Positions 1 to 8,126 of a stretch of DNA of 32,000 nt are shown here, one piece after another. This DNA is from Delftia acidovorans NBRC 14950 (GTDB lineage: Bacteria > Pseudomonadota > Gammaproteobacteria > Burkholderiales > Burkholderiaceae_C): assembly GCF_001598795.1 (NCBI RefSeq), contig NZ_BCZP01000021.1, positions 60,001 to 92,000 of the forward strand, in the 5' to 3' direction. The notes below the pieces were generated by a model. That model had not been told where the DNA came from. It ran no database searches and saw nothing but the letters and a program-made list of their open reading frames with translations. Position 1 is the first letter of the stretch, and each line of letters opens with the position of its first letter. The position numbers and the translations under genes are program-made.

Positions 1-449
1 TCGGCCTGAAGGCCACGCTGCCGCGCATGCAGGTATTGGAGATGTTTCGCCAGAGCGAGTCGCGTCACCTGCACGCCGAAGACGTGTTCCGCCTGCTGGC
101 CGAGCGGCGTGCCGAGGTGGGCCTGGCCACCGTCTACCGCGTGCTGTCGCAGCTGGAGGCCGCAGGCCTGCTGCTGCGCCAGACCTTTGAAAGTGGCAAG
201 GCGGTGTTCGAGCTCAATGAGGGGCCGCACCATGACCACCTGATCTGCCTGCAGTGCGGACGCGTGGATGAATTCAGCAACGACCACATCGAGGCGCTGC
301 AGCACCAGGTGGCCCAGGCCCACGGCTACCGCCTGGCCGACCACCGCCTGGCCCTGTACGGCCATTGCGGCGCATGCTCGCAGCTGCCACCCGAATCACC
401 GGCACAGCCCGTGCAGGCAAGACAGCCTGCGCTGCAGGACAACGAATGA
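1..449 (+). CDS. fur: Ferric uptake regulator (Fur family), 5'-truncated by the window edge
   Basis: The frame is open from base 3 (GLKATLPRMQVLEMF...). It has a winged-helix segment (ATVYRVLSQLEAAGLL), an HHDHLIC metal site, CLQCGRV and a C-terminal CGAC pair. The stop TGA is at 447-449. Confidence 0.9.
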   Translation, partial: GLKATLPRMQVLEMFRQSESRHLHAEDVFRLLAERRAEVGLATVYRVLSQLEAAGLLLRQTFESGKAVFELNEGPHHDHLICLQCGRVDEFSNDHIEALQHQVAQAHGYRLADHRLALYGHCGACSQLPPESPAQPVQARQPALQDNE

Positions 450-1093
450 GCACCAACGACAGATCCCTGACCCCCGAGCAGCGCGCCGCGCTGGACCTGC
501 TGATGTCGCGCCAGTCACGCTGGCCGCTGCAGGAGCCGGCGCCCGGCCCTGGCGTGATCGACACCGTCATCGACGCGGCCTTGCGCGCCCCCGACCACGG
601 CCAGCTGCGCCCCTGGCGCTTCGTGCTGGTGCAGGGCGATGCGCGCCATGCGCTGGGCGAGGTGTTCGTGCAGGCCGCCAAGGCGCGCGACCCCCAGGCC
701 GACGTCGAGCGATTCCGCGCCAAGGCCCTGTCCGCCCCGCTGATCATTGCGCTGGGCGTGCACCTGCAGCCCGAGCACAAGGTGCCTGAAAGCGAGCAGC
801 TGCTGGCCGGTGGCGCTGCCGCCATGAACATGCTCAACGCCCTGCACATCCTGGGCTTTGGCGGCTTCTGGGCCAGCGGCGCCAACAGCCACGATGCGCG
901 CGTGCGCGAGGCCCTGGGATTCGAGCCCCATGACCGGCTCGTCGGCCTGCTGTATGTGGGCACGCCCGTCTCGGCCGGCCGCGAAGCCCTGCGGCCGCCG
1001 CGCAACCGCTTTGTGCGCGAATGGCAGCCCGGGCAAGACTTGGTGCAAGGCCTGGCCCTGGCCCTGTCCTCCAGCGCGGCCGACGAAGGCTGA
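446..1093 (+). CDS. Nitroreductase family protein
   Basis: The ATG at 446 overlaps the fur stop (ATGA). The sequence MSTNDRSLTPEQRAALDLLMSRQS...APDHGQLRPWRFVLV...GFGGFWASG is typical of the NAD(P)H nitroreductase fold. GC3 is high. Confidence 0.85.
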   Translation: MSTNDRSLTPEQRAALDLLMSRQSRWPLQEPAPGPGVIDTVIDAALRAPDHGQLRPWRFVLVQGDARHALGEVFVQAAKARDPQADVERFRAKALSAPLIIALGVHLQPEHKVPESEQLLAGGAAAMNMLNALHILGFGGFWASGANSHDARVREALGFEPHDRLVGLLYVGTPVSAGREALRPPRNRFVREWQPGQDLVQGLALALSSSAADEG

Positions 1094-1110
1094 TCCTGGT
1101 TCGCTGAAAC

Positions 1111-1139
1111 AAAGATGCCCGGCTAGACCGGGCATCTTT
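1111..1139. terminator. Bidirectional intrinsic terminator hairpin between convergent genes
   Basis: There is a perfect 12-bp stem, AAAGATGCCCGG (1111-1122) / CCGGGCATCTTT (1128-1139), with a 5-nt loop. T-rich tracts follow it on both strands (TTTCGTT on +, TTTGTTTC on -). Confidence 0.55.
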
Positions 1140-1160
1140 CGTTGCGGCTGCACAATCGGC

Positions 1161-2048
1161 CTAAGCCGCCGTCTCGACCGACTTCAACTGGTAGATGGCA
1201 TAGAAGTGCACGCCAAAGGTCCAGCGGAATGCCGGCCCCACCAGCGAGTAGGGCGGGCCGTAGCCTTCCATCACCTGGTGCGCGGCCACCAGCTGCAGGC
1301 GCGGATGGGCTTGCGCCAGATCGGCCTCGCGGCGCAGGCCCCAATGGAACTGGGCCTGGGTGAGCCGGACCGAGGGGTGCTGGCTTGCGCGCCCGGCGGC
1401 CAGCCAGCACATGGCGTCGAACACCAGTTCCGAACCCGGCGGGCTGCATTGCGCAAACGTGGTCCACAGCGCCTGTATCTGCTCTTTTTGCAGGTACATG
1501 GAAACGCCTTCGGCCATCATGAACACGGCAGGCCCTGACCTGTCGGCCGGCAGTCCCAGCCGCCGCCACCAGTCGGCGTCGGCCAGGTCGAATTCGCGGA
1601 TCTCCTGGCGCTCCGATTGCCAGGGCAGCAACTGCCTGCGCAGGGCTACCACCGGCCCCAGGTCCGCATCCGTCATGCGCATCTGCCCGTTGTCCAGCCA
1701 TTGGAAATAGTCGCTGAGGCCGCAGCCCAGGTTCACCACATGGCCCTGCGGCTGGCGCCGGAGAAAGTCCTGCGCCAGCGCGCGAAAGCAGTGCGTGCGC
1801 GCCAGCACGCCGTAGATGCTCTGCCTGTCCTGAAGCCAGCGGCTGCCGTCGTCGCCCAGCTGGGTCAGCGTGTCCAAGGCGTGGGCGTCACTGACGGCCA
1901 TGCCGGGAAACAGCCGGTCGCCCAGGGCGCGGGCGGTCAGCGGAATGCGCAGCGTCTCGCTGACGTCGGACAGTTTTTCCTGCCGGGGCGTGGAGGGCGG
2001 CGCATCGGTGAAAGCCGGGCCGGCCGACGGTGCAAGAGGTTCGGGCAT
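1161..2048 (-). CDS. Class I SAM-dependent methyltransferase (TcmP / leucine-carboxyl-MTase-like, COG3315-type)
   Basis: It carries the motif I sequence VVNLGCGLSD and has O-methyltransferase-like overall similarity. I chose the ATG at 2048 (MPEPLAP...) because it is preceded by AGGAG. The track ORF extends further, to 2096. Confidence 0.75.
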   Translation of the reverse strand: MPEPLAPSAGPAFTDAPPSTPRQEKLSDVSETLRIPLTARALGDRLFPGMAVSDAHALDTLTQLGDDGSRWLQDRQSIYGVLARTHCFRALAQDFLRRQPQGHVVNLGCGLSDYFQWLDNGQMRMTDADLGPVVALRRQLLPWQSERQEIREFDLADADWWRRLGLPADRSGPAVFMMAEGVSMYLQKEQIQALWTTFAQCSPPGSELVFDAMCWLAAGRASQHPSVRLTQAQFHWGLRREADLAQAHPRLQLVAAHQVMEGYGPPYSLVGPAFRWTFGVHFYAIYQLKSVETAA

Positions 2049-2195
2049 TGCTCGCTCCTGTGGTGCGCTGCAGGCCAGCATGCCAGGCCTGCGCACGTCA
2101 TGAACCAGTTAACGGGAATCATTCATATTGGTTTGATGCAAGGCTGCCACGGCACGACCCGCGACGCTGCCAGGGCCATCATGCGCGAAGTCCGT

Positions 2196-2543
2196 TCAGA
2201 ACCGGCAGTCCGCAGTCTGCACCAGTTGCGCAAAGGCGCCGCCCAGCGTGCGGTTGTGGTGGCCGATGATGAGCTCGGCCTGCAGCAGCGGCGAATCGGT
2301 GGTGGTATGGGCATCCGCCACCAGCACCGGGCGAAAGCCCAGGCCGGCTGCGGCACGGCACGTGGTGTCCACGCAGAACTCGGTCTTCATGCCGGCGATG
2401 ACCAGTTCGGCAATGCCGGCTTCGGCAAGCCAGGTGGCCAGGCCGGTGCCCTCGAAGCAGCTGGGCCCTGTCTTGTCGAAGACGCGGTCCCGCTGCGCAT
2501 CGATGCCCAACTGCGGCAGCAGTTGCGTGAGCGGGCCTGGCCC
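2196..2543 (-). pseudogene. Isochorismatase / cysteine-hydrolase family, C-terminal fragment only
   Basis: The fragment ...VFDKTGPSCFEGTGLATWLAEAGIAELVIAGMKTEFCVDTTCRAAAGLGFRPVLVADA... covers the Cys-containing half of the fold. The N-terminal ~70-80 aa, which carry the catalytic Asp/Lys, are absent. The frame is closed by the TGA of the upstream gene at 2544-2546, and only a TTG start is available at 2510. Confidence 0.6.
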
Positions 2544-3050
2544 TCACGACTTGTTGACCTTGTGGTCCTCGCCCTTGGCTTCTTCCATGGCCTCGGGCTC
2601 CAGCTCCTCGGCGGAGCGGTTGAGGTGGATGAAGGCGCCCCAGCCCAGCAGCAGGACGCCCACGGCGCTGACCAGGGCGGCGGGGTAGAGCAGGTGGGCG
2701 GGTTCTTCCTGCGTCTTGAAGGCAGCGACCAGTGCTTCCACGGCCAGCGCGACGACCAGCACCACCAGAAAGCGCGAGAGAAAGCGGCGCACGCGCGTGG
2801 GGCCGCTGATGTGGGCCTCGCGTATGACTTCCTCTTCGGTGATGGTCTGGGCGATCTGCAGTGCAACCACGCCGGAGGCCAGGATGCCCAGCGCCTCGAC
2901 GATGCGCAGGCCCGATTCGCCATCCACGCCATGCGCCATGGCGTTCCAGCCCTTCAGGCCCGCGATCCAGAGCAGGGCCACGGCGGCCAGCGAAAACAGC
3001 AGCGCGATGAGGGCGTGCAACACGGTGAAAAGGGTATGGATGGCTTTCAT
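2544..3050 (-). CDS. Hypothetical inner-membrane protein (about 4 TM helices, acidic/Lys-rich C-terminal tail)
   Basis: The sequence MKAIHTLFTVLHALIALLFSLAAVALLWIAG... has four hydrophobic helices and high GC3. The start is uncertain: ATG at 3050 or GTG at 3089. I see no clear SD. Confidence 0.6.
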   Translation of the reverse strand: MKAIHTLFTVLHALIALLFSLAAVALLWIAGLKGWNAMAHGVDGESGLRIVEALGILASGVVALQIAQTITEEEVIREAHISGPTRVRRFLSRFLVVLVVALAVEALVAAFKTQEEPAHLLYPAALVSAVGVLLLGWGAFIHLNRSAEELEPEAMEEAKGEDHKVNKS

Positions 3051-3183
3051 GGCAGAGGGCGGAGAGTGGGCCGTGGCGCATGTTTCCACGGCTGCGGCGC
3101 GCCGCTTGTAGGAAGCGGCGAACAGCGGTGGACAGGCGGCCTGCCTGTCTGCGGGTCACGGGCATGGATAGAATCCGAGGACC

Positions 3184-3546
3184 ATGTCCAGATGGTTCAT
3201 CGCGGTTTTCTCCCTGCACTTCGTCGTCAGCGTGGCTTTGTCCACGCTGGGGCTTGCGCCATGGCGTGCCCTGCCGCACGAGCCATGCGAGCCGCCCGGT
3301 GTCCACCCGCGCGCCGCCTGCGCCGGCCCGGAACGCGCGGCGGCGCCGCGGGTGGACACGGTCTCCCTGCTCGATGACTTCGACCACGCGCTGATGGACG
3401 ATCAGCAGGACCTCCCCGATGTCGTGCACGCCGTGGACGGCATGCCGGCACCCCGCCTGCAGGCCGGGCGCCACATCACCGCCAGCCTGCGCGAAGGCCC
3501 TTGGCGCAGCCTGGCCCCGCCCGACCGGCCTCCCCGGGCAGCCTGA
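3184..3546 (+). CDS. Hypothetical protein with an N-terminal TM segment (weak call)
   Basis: The ATG at 3184 follows GAGGA at short spacing. The N-terminus is hydrophobic (MSRWFIAVFSLHFVVSVALSTLG) and GC3 is high. However, the ORF contains a ~20-bp inverted repeat (3299-3359) and has no recognisable family. Confidence 0.3.
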   Translation: MSRWFIAVFSLHFVVSVALSTLGLAPWRALPHEPCEPPGVHPRAACAGPERAAAPRVDTVSLLDDFDHALMDDQQDLPDVVHAVDGMPAPRLQAGRHITASLREGPWRSLAPPDRPPRAA

Positions 3547-3726
3547 TCCCCCATTGCCGTTTTTCTGACCTGCAGTGCCCTGCGCCTGCGGTGCCTCTGC
3601 CGCTTCGGGACCCTGTCCTGAATGCCCGGCTGCCGGGCTGGCCCCTGGCTTTCCTTCTTCCCGGACCCATCGCCGCATGGGCCCTTTCTGCCGCAACTGC
3701 GGCTCCCGGTTCCCACAACACGTATC

Positions 3727-5064
3727 ATGGAAATTGCCATACTTTTTGCGCTGATCCTGCTCAATGGCGTCTTCGCCATGTCCGAGATCGCGCTGGTGAC
3801 GGCGCGCAAGGCGCGCCTGCAAAAACTCATAGACGAGGGCGATGCCGGCGCCGCCGCCGCCGCGCAGCTGGGGGCCGATCCCACGCGCTTTCTGTCCACC
3901 ATCCAGATCGGCATCACCTCCATCGGCGTGCTCAACGGCATCGTCGGCGAGGCCGCGCTGGCCGCCCCGCTGGCCGAGTGGCTGCAGCGCATGGGCGTGC
4001 CCGCGCCCTATGGCGGCTACACGGCCACGGCGCTGGTGGTGGTGCTGATCACCTATTTCTCCATCGTCGTCGGTGAGCTGGTGCCCAAGCGCATCGGCCA
4101 GACCTACCCAGAGACCTTTGCGCGCCTGATCGCACGCCCAGTCAACTGGCTGGCCCATCTGACCAAGCCCTTCGTGGTGCTGCTGTCCGTGTCCACCCAT
4201 GCGCTGCTGCGCCTGCTGGGCGTCAAGGAAAACAGCGGCAGCGCCGTCACCGAGGAAGAGATCCACGCCATGCTGGCCGAAGGCACGACGGCCGGCGTCA
4301 TCGAATCGCACGAGCACACCATGGTGCGCAACGTGTTCCGCCTTGATGACCGCCAGATCGGCTCGCTCATGGTGCCGCGCAGCGACGTGGTCTGCCTGGA
4401 TGCGGATGCGCCGTTCGAGGACAACCTGCGCGTGATCGAGCAGTCCGACCACGCGCGCTTTCCCGTGGTGCGCGGCGGCATGGACTCCATCATCGGCGTG
4501 CTCAATGCGCGCCAGTGGCTGTCGCGCGCGCTGCAGGGCAAGGAGCAGGGCCTGACCGACCAGCCCATGCAGACCGCGCTCTATGTGCCCGAGACCATCA
4601 CCGGCATGGAACTGCTGGAGAGCTTTCGCCTGTCCGACGTGCACATGGCCTTCGTGATCGACGAGTACGGCGAGGTCCAGGGCATCGTCACTCTGCAGGA
4701 CCTGGTGGAAGCCATCACGGGCGAATTCCAGCCCCGCGATCCGCGCAACTCCTGGGCGCTGCAGCGCGAGGACGGCAGCTGGCTGCTGGACGGCCACATC
4801 CCCGTGCCCGAACTCAAGGACCGGCTGGAGCTGGCCACCGTGCCCGAGGAAGAGCGCGGCCGCTACCACACGCTGGCCGGCATGGTCATGCTGCTCACGG
4901 GCCGGCTGCCGCGTGTCACCGACACCGTGCAATGGGAAGGCTGGCGCTTCGAGGTGGTGGACATGGACGGCAAGGCCATCGACAAGGTGCTGGCCATGCG
5001 CGTGGACGTGTCGCTGCAGGTGCCGGGTGGTGAAGACGGCGGTGCGGCCCATGCCGCGCGCTGA
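3727..5064 (+). CDS. CNNM/DUF21 - CBS pair - CorC_HlyC family transporter (TlyC/CorC-like 'hemolysin family' protein)
   Basis: The start MEIAILFALILLNGVFAMSEIALVTARK is a DUF21 signature. It continues with VGELVPKR, a CBS pair region (RNVFRLDDRQIGSLMVPR..., AFVIDEYGEVQGIVTLQDLVEAITGE) and a C-terminal CorC_HlyC domain (WLLDGHIPVPEL...FEVVDMDGKAIDKV). Confidence 0.9.
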   Translation: MEIAILFALILLNGVFAMSEIALVTARKARLQKLIDEGDAGAAAAAQLGADPTRFLSTIQIGITSIGVLNGIVGEAALAAPLAEWLQRMGVPAPYGGYTATALVVVLITYFSIVVGELVPKRIGQTYPETFARLIARPVNWLAHLTKPFVVLLSVSTHALLRLLGVKENSGSAVTEEEIHAMLAEGTTAGVIESHEHTMVRNVFRLDDRQIGSLMVPRSDVVCLDADAPFEDNLRVIEQSDHARFPVVRGGMDSIIGVLNARQWLSRALQGKEQGLTDQPMQTALYVPETITGMELLESFRLSDVHMAFVIDEYGEVQGIVTLQDLVEAITGEFQPRDPRNSWALQREDGSWLLDGHIPVPELKDRLELATVPEEERGRYHTLAGMVMLLTGRLPRVTDTVQWEGWRFEVVDMDGKAIDKVLAMRVDVSLQVPGGEDGGAAHAAR

Positions 5065-5560
5065 ACGCCGGGGCCCGCGCGGCGCATGGAAACTGCTGGC
5101 ATGCGCGGCGGCCGTGGTCTTCATGGCCGCCTGCCTGGACGGCGTGCAGGGCTACCCGCAACAGCAGGCGCCCATCATCAGCCCCTACGACATGACCCAG
5201 GAGCAGCGGCTTGCCGAAATGAACGTCATGGGCGCGGCCGGCCATGCCGACCATCGCTGGACCTACGAACTGCGCCCCGGCTGCGTGCTGCGCGTGGACC
5301 TGGACGGCCCGCAGGGCCCCAGGCCTTCGCATGACATCGCGCTGCTGGGCAGCGTGGTGGCCGTCACGGCCCAGCGCGAACGCGGCAGTTTCCGCGTGGA
5401 GCTGCAGCCCGGCGACGGCCTGCAGGCCGCGCGCTCCCTGGTGCTGGAAAGCGCCAAATGGGCCGACGCCAGCTGGACCCAGCTGCTGCTGCGCCTGATG
5501 CAAAAGGGCTGCGTGGAAATGCAGGGCCGCTCGCATGGCAGGGCCGCAAGCCGGCACTGA
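5051..5560 (+). CDS. Putative lipoprotein, unknown function
   Basis: The ATG at 5051 overlaps the end of the preceding gene by 14 nt. The signal/lipobox-like N-terminus is MPRAERRGPRGAWKLLACAAAVVFMAAC|LDG. GC3 is high. Confidence 0.6.
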   Translation: MPRAERRGPRGAWKLLACAAAVVFMAACLDGVQGYPQQQAPIISPYDMTQEQRLAEMNVMGAAGHADHRWTYELRPGCVLRVDLDGPQGPRPSHDIALLGSVVAVTAQRERGSFRVELQPGDGLQAARSLVLESAKWADASWTQLLLRLMQKGCVEMQGRSHGRAASRH

Positions 5561-5627
5561 CACTGGCGTTGAAGGCGGCATCGCCATGGCACGGAGCGCG
5601 GCAGGCAAGCCGCTTTGCGCGCCCTTG

Positions 5628-5656
5628 AAAACAAAAGGCGGCACCGAAGTGCCGCC
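5628..5656 (-). terminator. Intrinsic terminator downstream of azurin
   Basis: The stem is GGCGGCAC (5637-5644) / GTGCCGCC (5649-5656) with a CGAA tetraloop. On the minus strand the hairpin is followed by TTTTGTTTT. Confidence 0.6.
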
Positions 5657-5702
5657 GGTTTGAACGCGGGACGAGAGCCCCGCGCCAAGGCAGATCGCCG
5701 GC

Positions 5703-6158
5703 TTACTTGGCCAGCGTCAGCGTGCCCTTCATCAGAGCGGAGTGGCCGGGGAACGAGCAAAAGTAGCTGTAGGCCTCGCCGGCCTTCAGGGCAGCGGTGG
5801 AGAAGGTCACGGAGTCGGTCTCGCCGCCGCCGATCACCTTGGTGTGGGCGATCACGCGGGCATCCTTTTCCTTCACGAAGTCCTTGGCCGCACCAGCGGC
5901 GATGCCGTCATTGGCCACGGGCTGCAGGTCGGCCGTCTTGCTCAGCACCCAGTTGTGGCCCATGGCCGTCTTGGGCAGCTTGCCCACATGCTTGAGCTTG
6001 ACCGTGAACTGCTTGCAGCTGGCGGGCACGCTGATGGTGGGCTTGTTGAATTGCATGGCGTCGTTGCCTTCGATCTCGACGGCGCAGTCGGCGGCCCAGG
6101 CGGGAGCGGTCGCGGACACGGCCAGAACCAGGAAGACGGATTTCCATTGCATTGCCAT
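5703..6158 (-). CDS. azu: Azurin (type 1 blue copper protein), with Sec signal peptide
   Basis: The signal is [22 protein letters not shown]|[16 protein letters not shown]. The mature part reads ...[20 protein letters not shown]...RVIAHTK.IGGGE.DSVTF...[18 protein letters not shown] and is near-colinear with Pseudomonas azurin, including the Cu ligands His(GHNW), Cys, His and Met. AAGGAG lies 6 nt upstream of the ATG. Confidence 0.95.
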   Translation of the reverse strand: MAMQWKSVFLVLAVSATAPAWAADCAVEIEGNDAMQFNKPTISVPASCKQFTVKLKHVGKLPKTAMGHNWVLSKTADLQPVANDGIAAGAAKDFVKEKDARVIAHTKVIGGGETDSVTFSTAALKAGEAYSYFCSFPGHSALMKGTLTLAK

Positions 6159-6281
6159 TGTTTTCTCCTTGAAAAGCGGGTGAGGTGGCTGGCATCCGAG
6201 GGCCATGGACCGGCAGGCGGTCTGTCGCCATGGATGCCTTGTATGGCTGCCCCAAGCATAGACAGGATCGGGGGCGGCAGG

Positions 6282-6295
6282 TTGATTTGAATCAA
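6282..6295. promoter_or_regulatory. Perfect FNR/ANR-type box TTGAT-N4-ATCAA upstream of azurin
   Basis: TTGATTTGAATCAA at 6282-6295 matches both half-sites of the FNR consensus exactly. A minus-strand TATGCT (6260-6255) would place the box centre near -40.5/-41.5, which is class II geometry. Confidence 0.6.
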
Positions 6296-6486
6296 GTCAA
6301 AAGAGTTCGAAGACTTGCGCTTGGAGCATGCGGTATGGCGTCGCGCATGCAGGGCATGCATTCGGGCTGCCGCAGGAAAACGGTTTTGCCGCCCGTGGTC
6401 TTTTGGCGACGGGCAACCCCACAGCTCGCATGCCTCTACTCACGTCAGTCACATTTGGGTACGATTGCGGGAAATAGAGGGAATGT

Positions 6487-6777
6487 ATGAGATTGCTTGT
6501 TTTCATAGGCTCGATCATCGGCGCCATCTTTCTGCTGACGGCGTTCTTCGTCGACAGCTCCCATCAACAGGCGGCGCTGGCGGCCATGGCCTGCGCCAGC
6601 GTCCTCATTCCCTATGTGCTGTTCAGATTGCACTCGATCGCCGTCGAGCATGACCAGCTCGACCAGATCCTGCAACTGGTGCGAAAGTCCGGCAGCCAGG
6701 GCGAGGGGCTGGCACAGGGAGGCGATGGGCTCCCTGAGGCGAGCGAGCCTGTGGCGCCCAGGTCCTGGATGTCCTGA
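6487..6777 (+). CDS. Small hypothetical membrane protein (96 aa)
   Basis: The ATG follows GAGGGAAT. There are two hydrophobic helices (MRLLVFIGSIIGAIFLLTAFFV, ALAAMACASVLIPYVLF) and GC3 is high compared with the alternative frame. No family was recognised. Confidence 0.45.
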   Translation: MRLLVFIGSIIGAIFLLTAFFVDSSHQQAALAAMACASVLIPYVLFRLHSIAVEHDQLDQILQLVRKSGSQGEGLAQGGDGLPEASEPVAPRSWMS

Positions 6778-6780
6778 GGC

Positions 6781-6810
6781 CTGGCATCAACAGGTCTGGC
6801 ATCAACAGGT
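6781..6810. repeat. Perfect tandem duplication of a 15-bp unit (CTGGCATCAACAGGT x2, plus a partial CTGG)
   Basis: I read it directly at 6781-6795 and 6796-6810, in the 43-bp gap between convergent genes. Confidence 0.9.
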
Positions 6811-6820
6811 CTGGGAGGTG

Positions 6821-7531
6821 TCAGGCGAACTGCACCACCACGCGCCGGTTGGTGCGGCTTTTCTTCTCGATCTTGGTGACGGCCACCGTGCCGATCTCGG
6901 CCGTGCTGCGCACATGCGTGCCGCCGCAGGGCTGGCGGTCCAGGCCGGGGATGTCGATGATGCGGATCGTCGCCGTGCCGCCTGGGGGCGCTGCGCCTGC
7001 GGTGCGCACCAGGTCGGGCTGGGCGGCCAACTGCTCGGGCGTGATGCGGTCCACGTTCACCGCATGGCTGGCGGTGATCAGGGCGTTCAGGCGCTCCGTC
7101 AGATCGGTCTTGTCCAGCGTGGACTCGGGCAGATCGAAATCCAGGCGCGCCGAGTCGGGCGAGATGCTGCAGCCCGTCACGGGCACAGGCACCAGCACGC
7201 CCAGCAGGTGCAGGCAGGTGTGCAGGCGCATCAGCCGGTGGCGCCTGTCCCAGTCGATCACCACCTGGACACGTTCACCCACCTGAGGCGGGGCATCGGT
7301 CTGCAGCACATGCAGGATGCGCTGCCGGTCATCGGCATAGACGGTGTCGATCAGGGCCAGGCTGCGGCCATCGGCCAGGGTCAGCGTGCCGGTGTCGCCG
7401 GCCTGGCCGCCGCTGCGGGCATAGCAGACCGTGGCGTCCAGCTCGATGCCCTCGGGGCTGACGGCCGTCACGGTGGCTTCGCAGCGGTCCAGGTAGGCGT
7501 CGTCATCAAAGAACTTGTGCGTCTGGGGCAT
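6821..7531 (-). CDS. AlaX-type alanyl-tRNA editing protein (Thr/Ala-tRNA synthetase second additional domain)
   Basis: From MPQTHKFFDDDAYLDRCEATV onward it shows the HxxxH motif (HTCLHLLG) and the CxxxH motif (CGGTHV) of the editing-site zinc cluster. It is 236 aa. The track ORF runs to 8107, but that extension is low-complexity and Arg/Pro-rich. Confidence 0.85.
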   Translation of the reverse strand: MPQTHKFFDDDAYLDRCEATVTAVSPEGIELDATVCYARSGGQAGDTGTLTLADGRSLALIDTVYADDRQRILHVLQTDAPPQVGERVQVVIDWDRRHRLMRLHTCLHLLGVLVPVPVTGCSISPDSARLDFDLPESTLDKTDLTERLNALITASHAVNVDRITPEQLAAQPDLVRTAGAAPPGGTATIRIIDIPGLDRQPCGGTHVRSTAEIGTVAVTKIEKKSRTNRRVVVQFA

Positions 7532-7853
7532 GGGGTGTCTCCGGTGTCCTGGTTCTTGGGTTAGGGGCTTCAGCGCAGGGCGCACAGACCCTGGGCGGTT
7601 TCCATCTGGGGATCTGAGGGGCGTGGGAGCCGCCGGCCCGGGGTGCAATGCCCCGAAGGTCGGCCGCATGTCGGGCGCATGCCGGGCGCCGCGGTCCAGG
7701 CCGGCTGCGGCGGCGATGAGATGGTCAGGCTCCCGTGTCACGGCGCGTGTCATGTCGCGGTCCATGGTATCGGCTGCATGGCGGGGCCGGGCAGTACGCC
7801 TGGGCGAAAAGTCCCCAGTACAGTCCATGGCCCGCAGCGGTGGCAGTCGCCTG

Positions 7854-7870
7854 CTTGACAGCCTGTCAAG
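7854..7870. promoter_or_regulatory. Candidate operator: perfect 17-bp palindrome CTTGACAG-C-CTGTCAAG, with a third near half-site at 7886-7894
   Basis: I read it directly. It lies in the 595-bp divergent intergenic region between the alaX-like gene and the first gene of the large locus, and contains TTGACA on both strands. Confidence 0.3.
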
Positions 7871-8126
7871 TGGCGGTGCCCGCGACCTGACAAGATCGGC
7901 GCCCGCACCGCGTGCGTGCCGGGGAACAATGGCGTGGCCGTTGCGGATGGCGCTACAGATTTTTCCAAAGCTGACGACATACGCAGGGCATGAATCTGTG
8001 AGTTTTCCGAGGGACTGTCCGGATGGATCAAGAACTTTTGCTTCCGTCCGGTGCAGGCTCCACCCCCGTCTCCATCCCGGCAGGCCCTGGTTTGCGGCTG
8101 CCCACATTGTTCATCTCCTCATCCCC

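Noticed and set aside
2179-5124. A 981 aa minus-strand ORF, and a 586 aa plus-strand ORF at 1617-3377.
   Set aside because: They run antisense to, or out of frame with, well-supported genes (the CNNM/CBS transporter, the methyltransferase and the membrane protein). Their composition is Arg/Gly/His/Pro-rich with no domain signatures.
6821-8107. The 428 aa version of the alaX-like ORF.
   Set aside because: Only the C-terminal 236 aa (from the ATG at 7531) look like an AlaX editing protein. The upstream part is Arg/Pro-rich, has no family resemblance, and spans the long intergenic region.
7515-8126. The 5' extension of the paralog 1 ORF; the track ORF starts at 7515, giving 1184 aa.
   Set aside because: The extension is Arg/Ser/Gly/Pro/Cys-rich low-complexity sequence and overlaps the start of the divergent alaX-like gene. 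The ATG at 8127 gives an N-terminus colinear with the other two paralogs.
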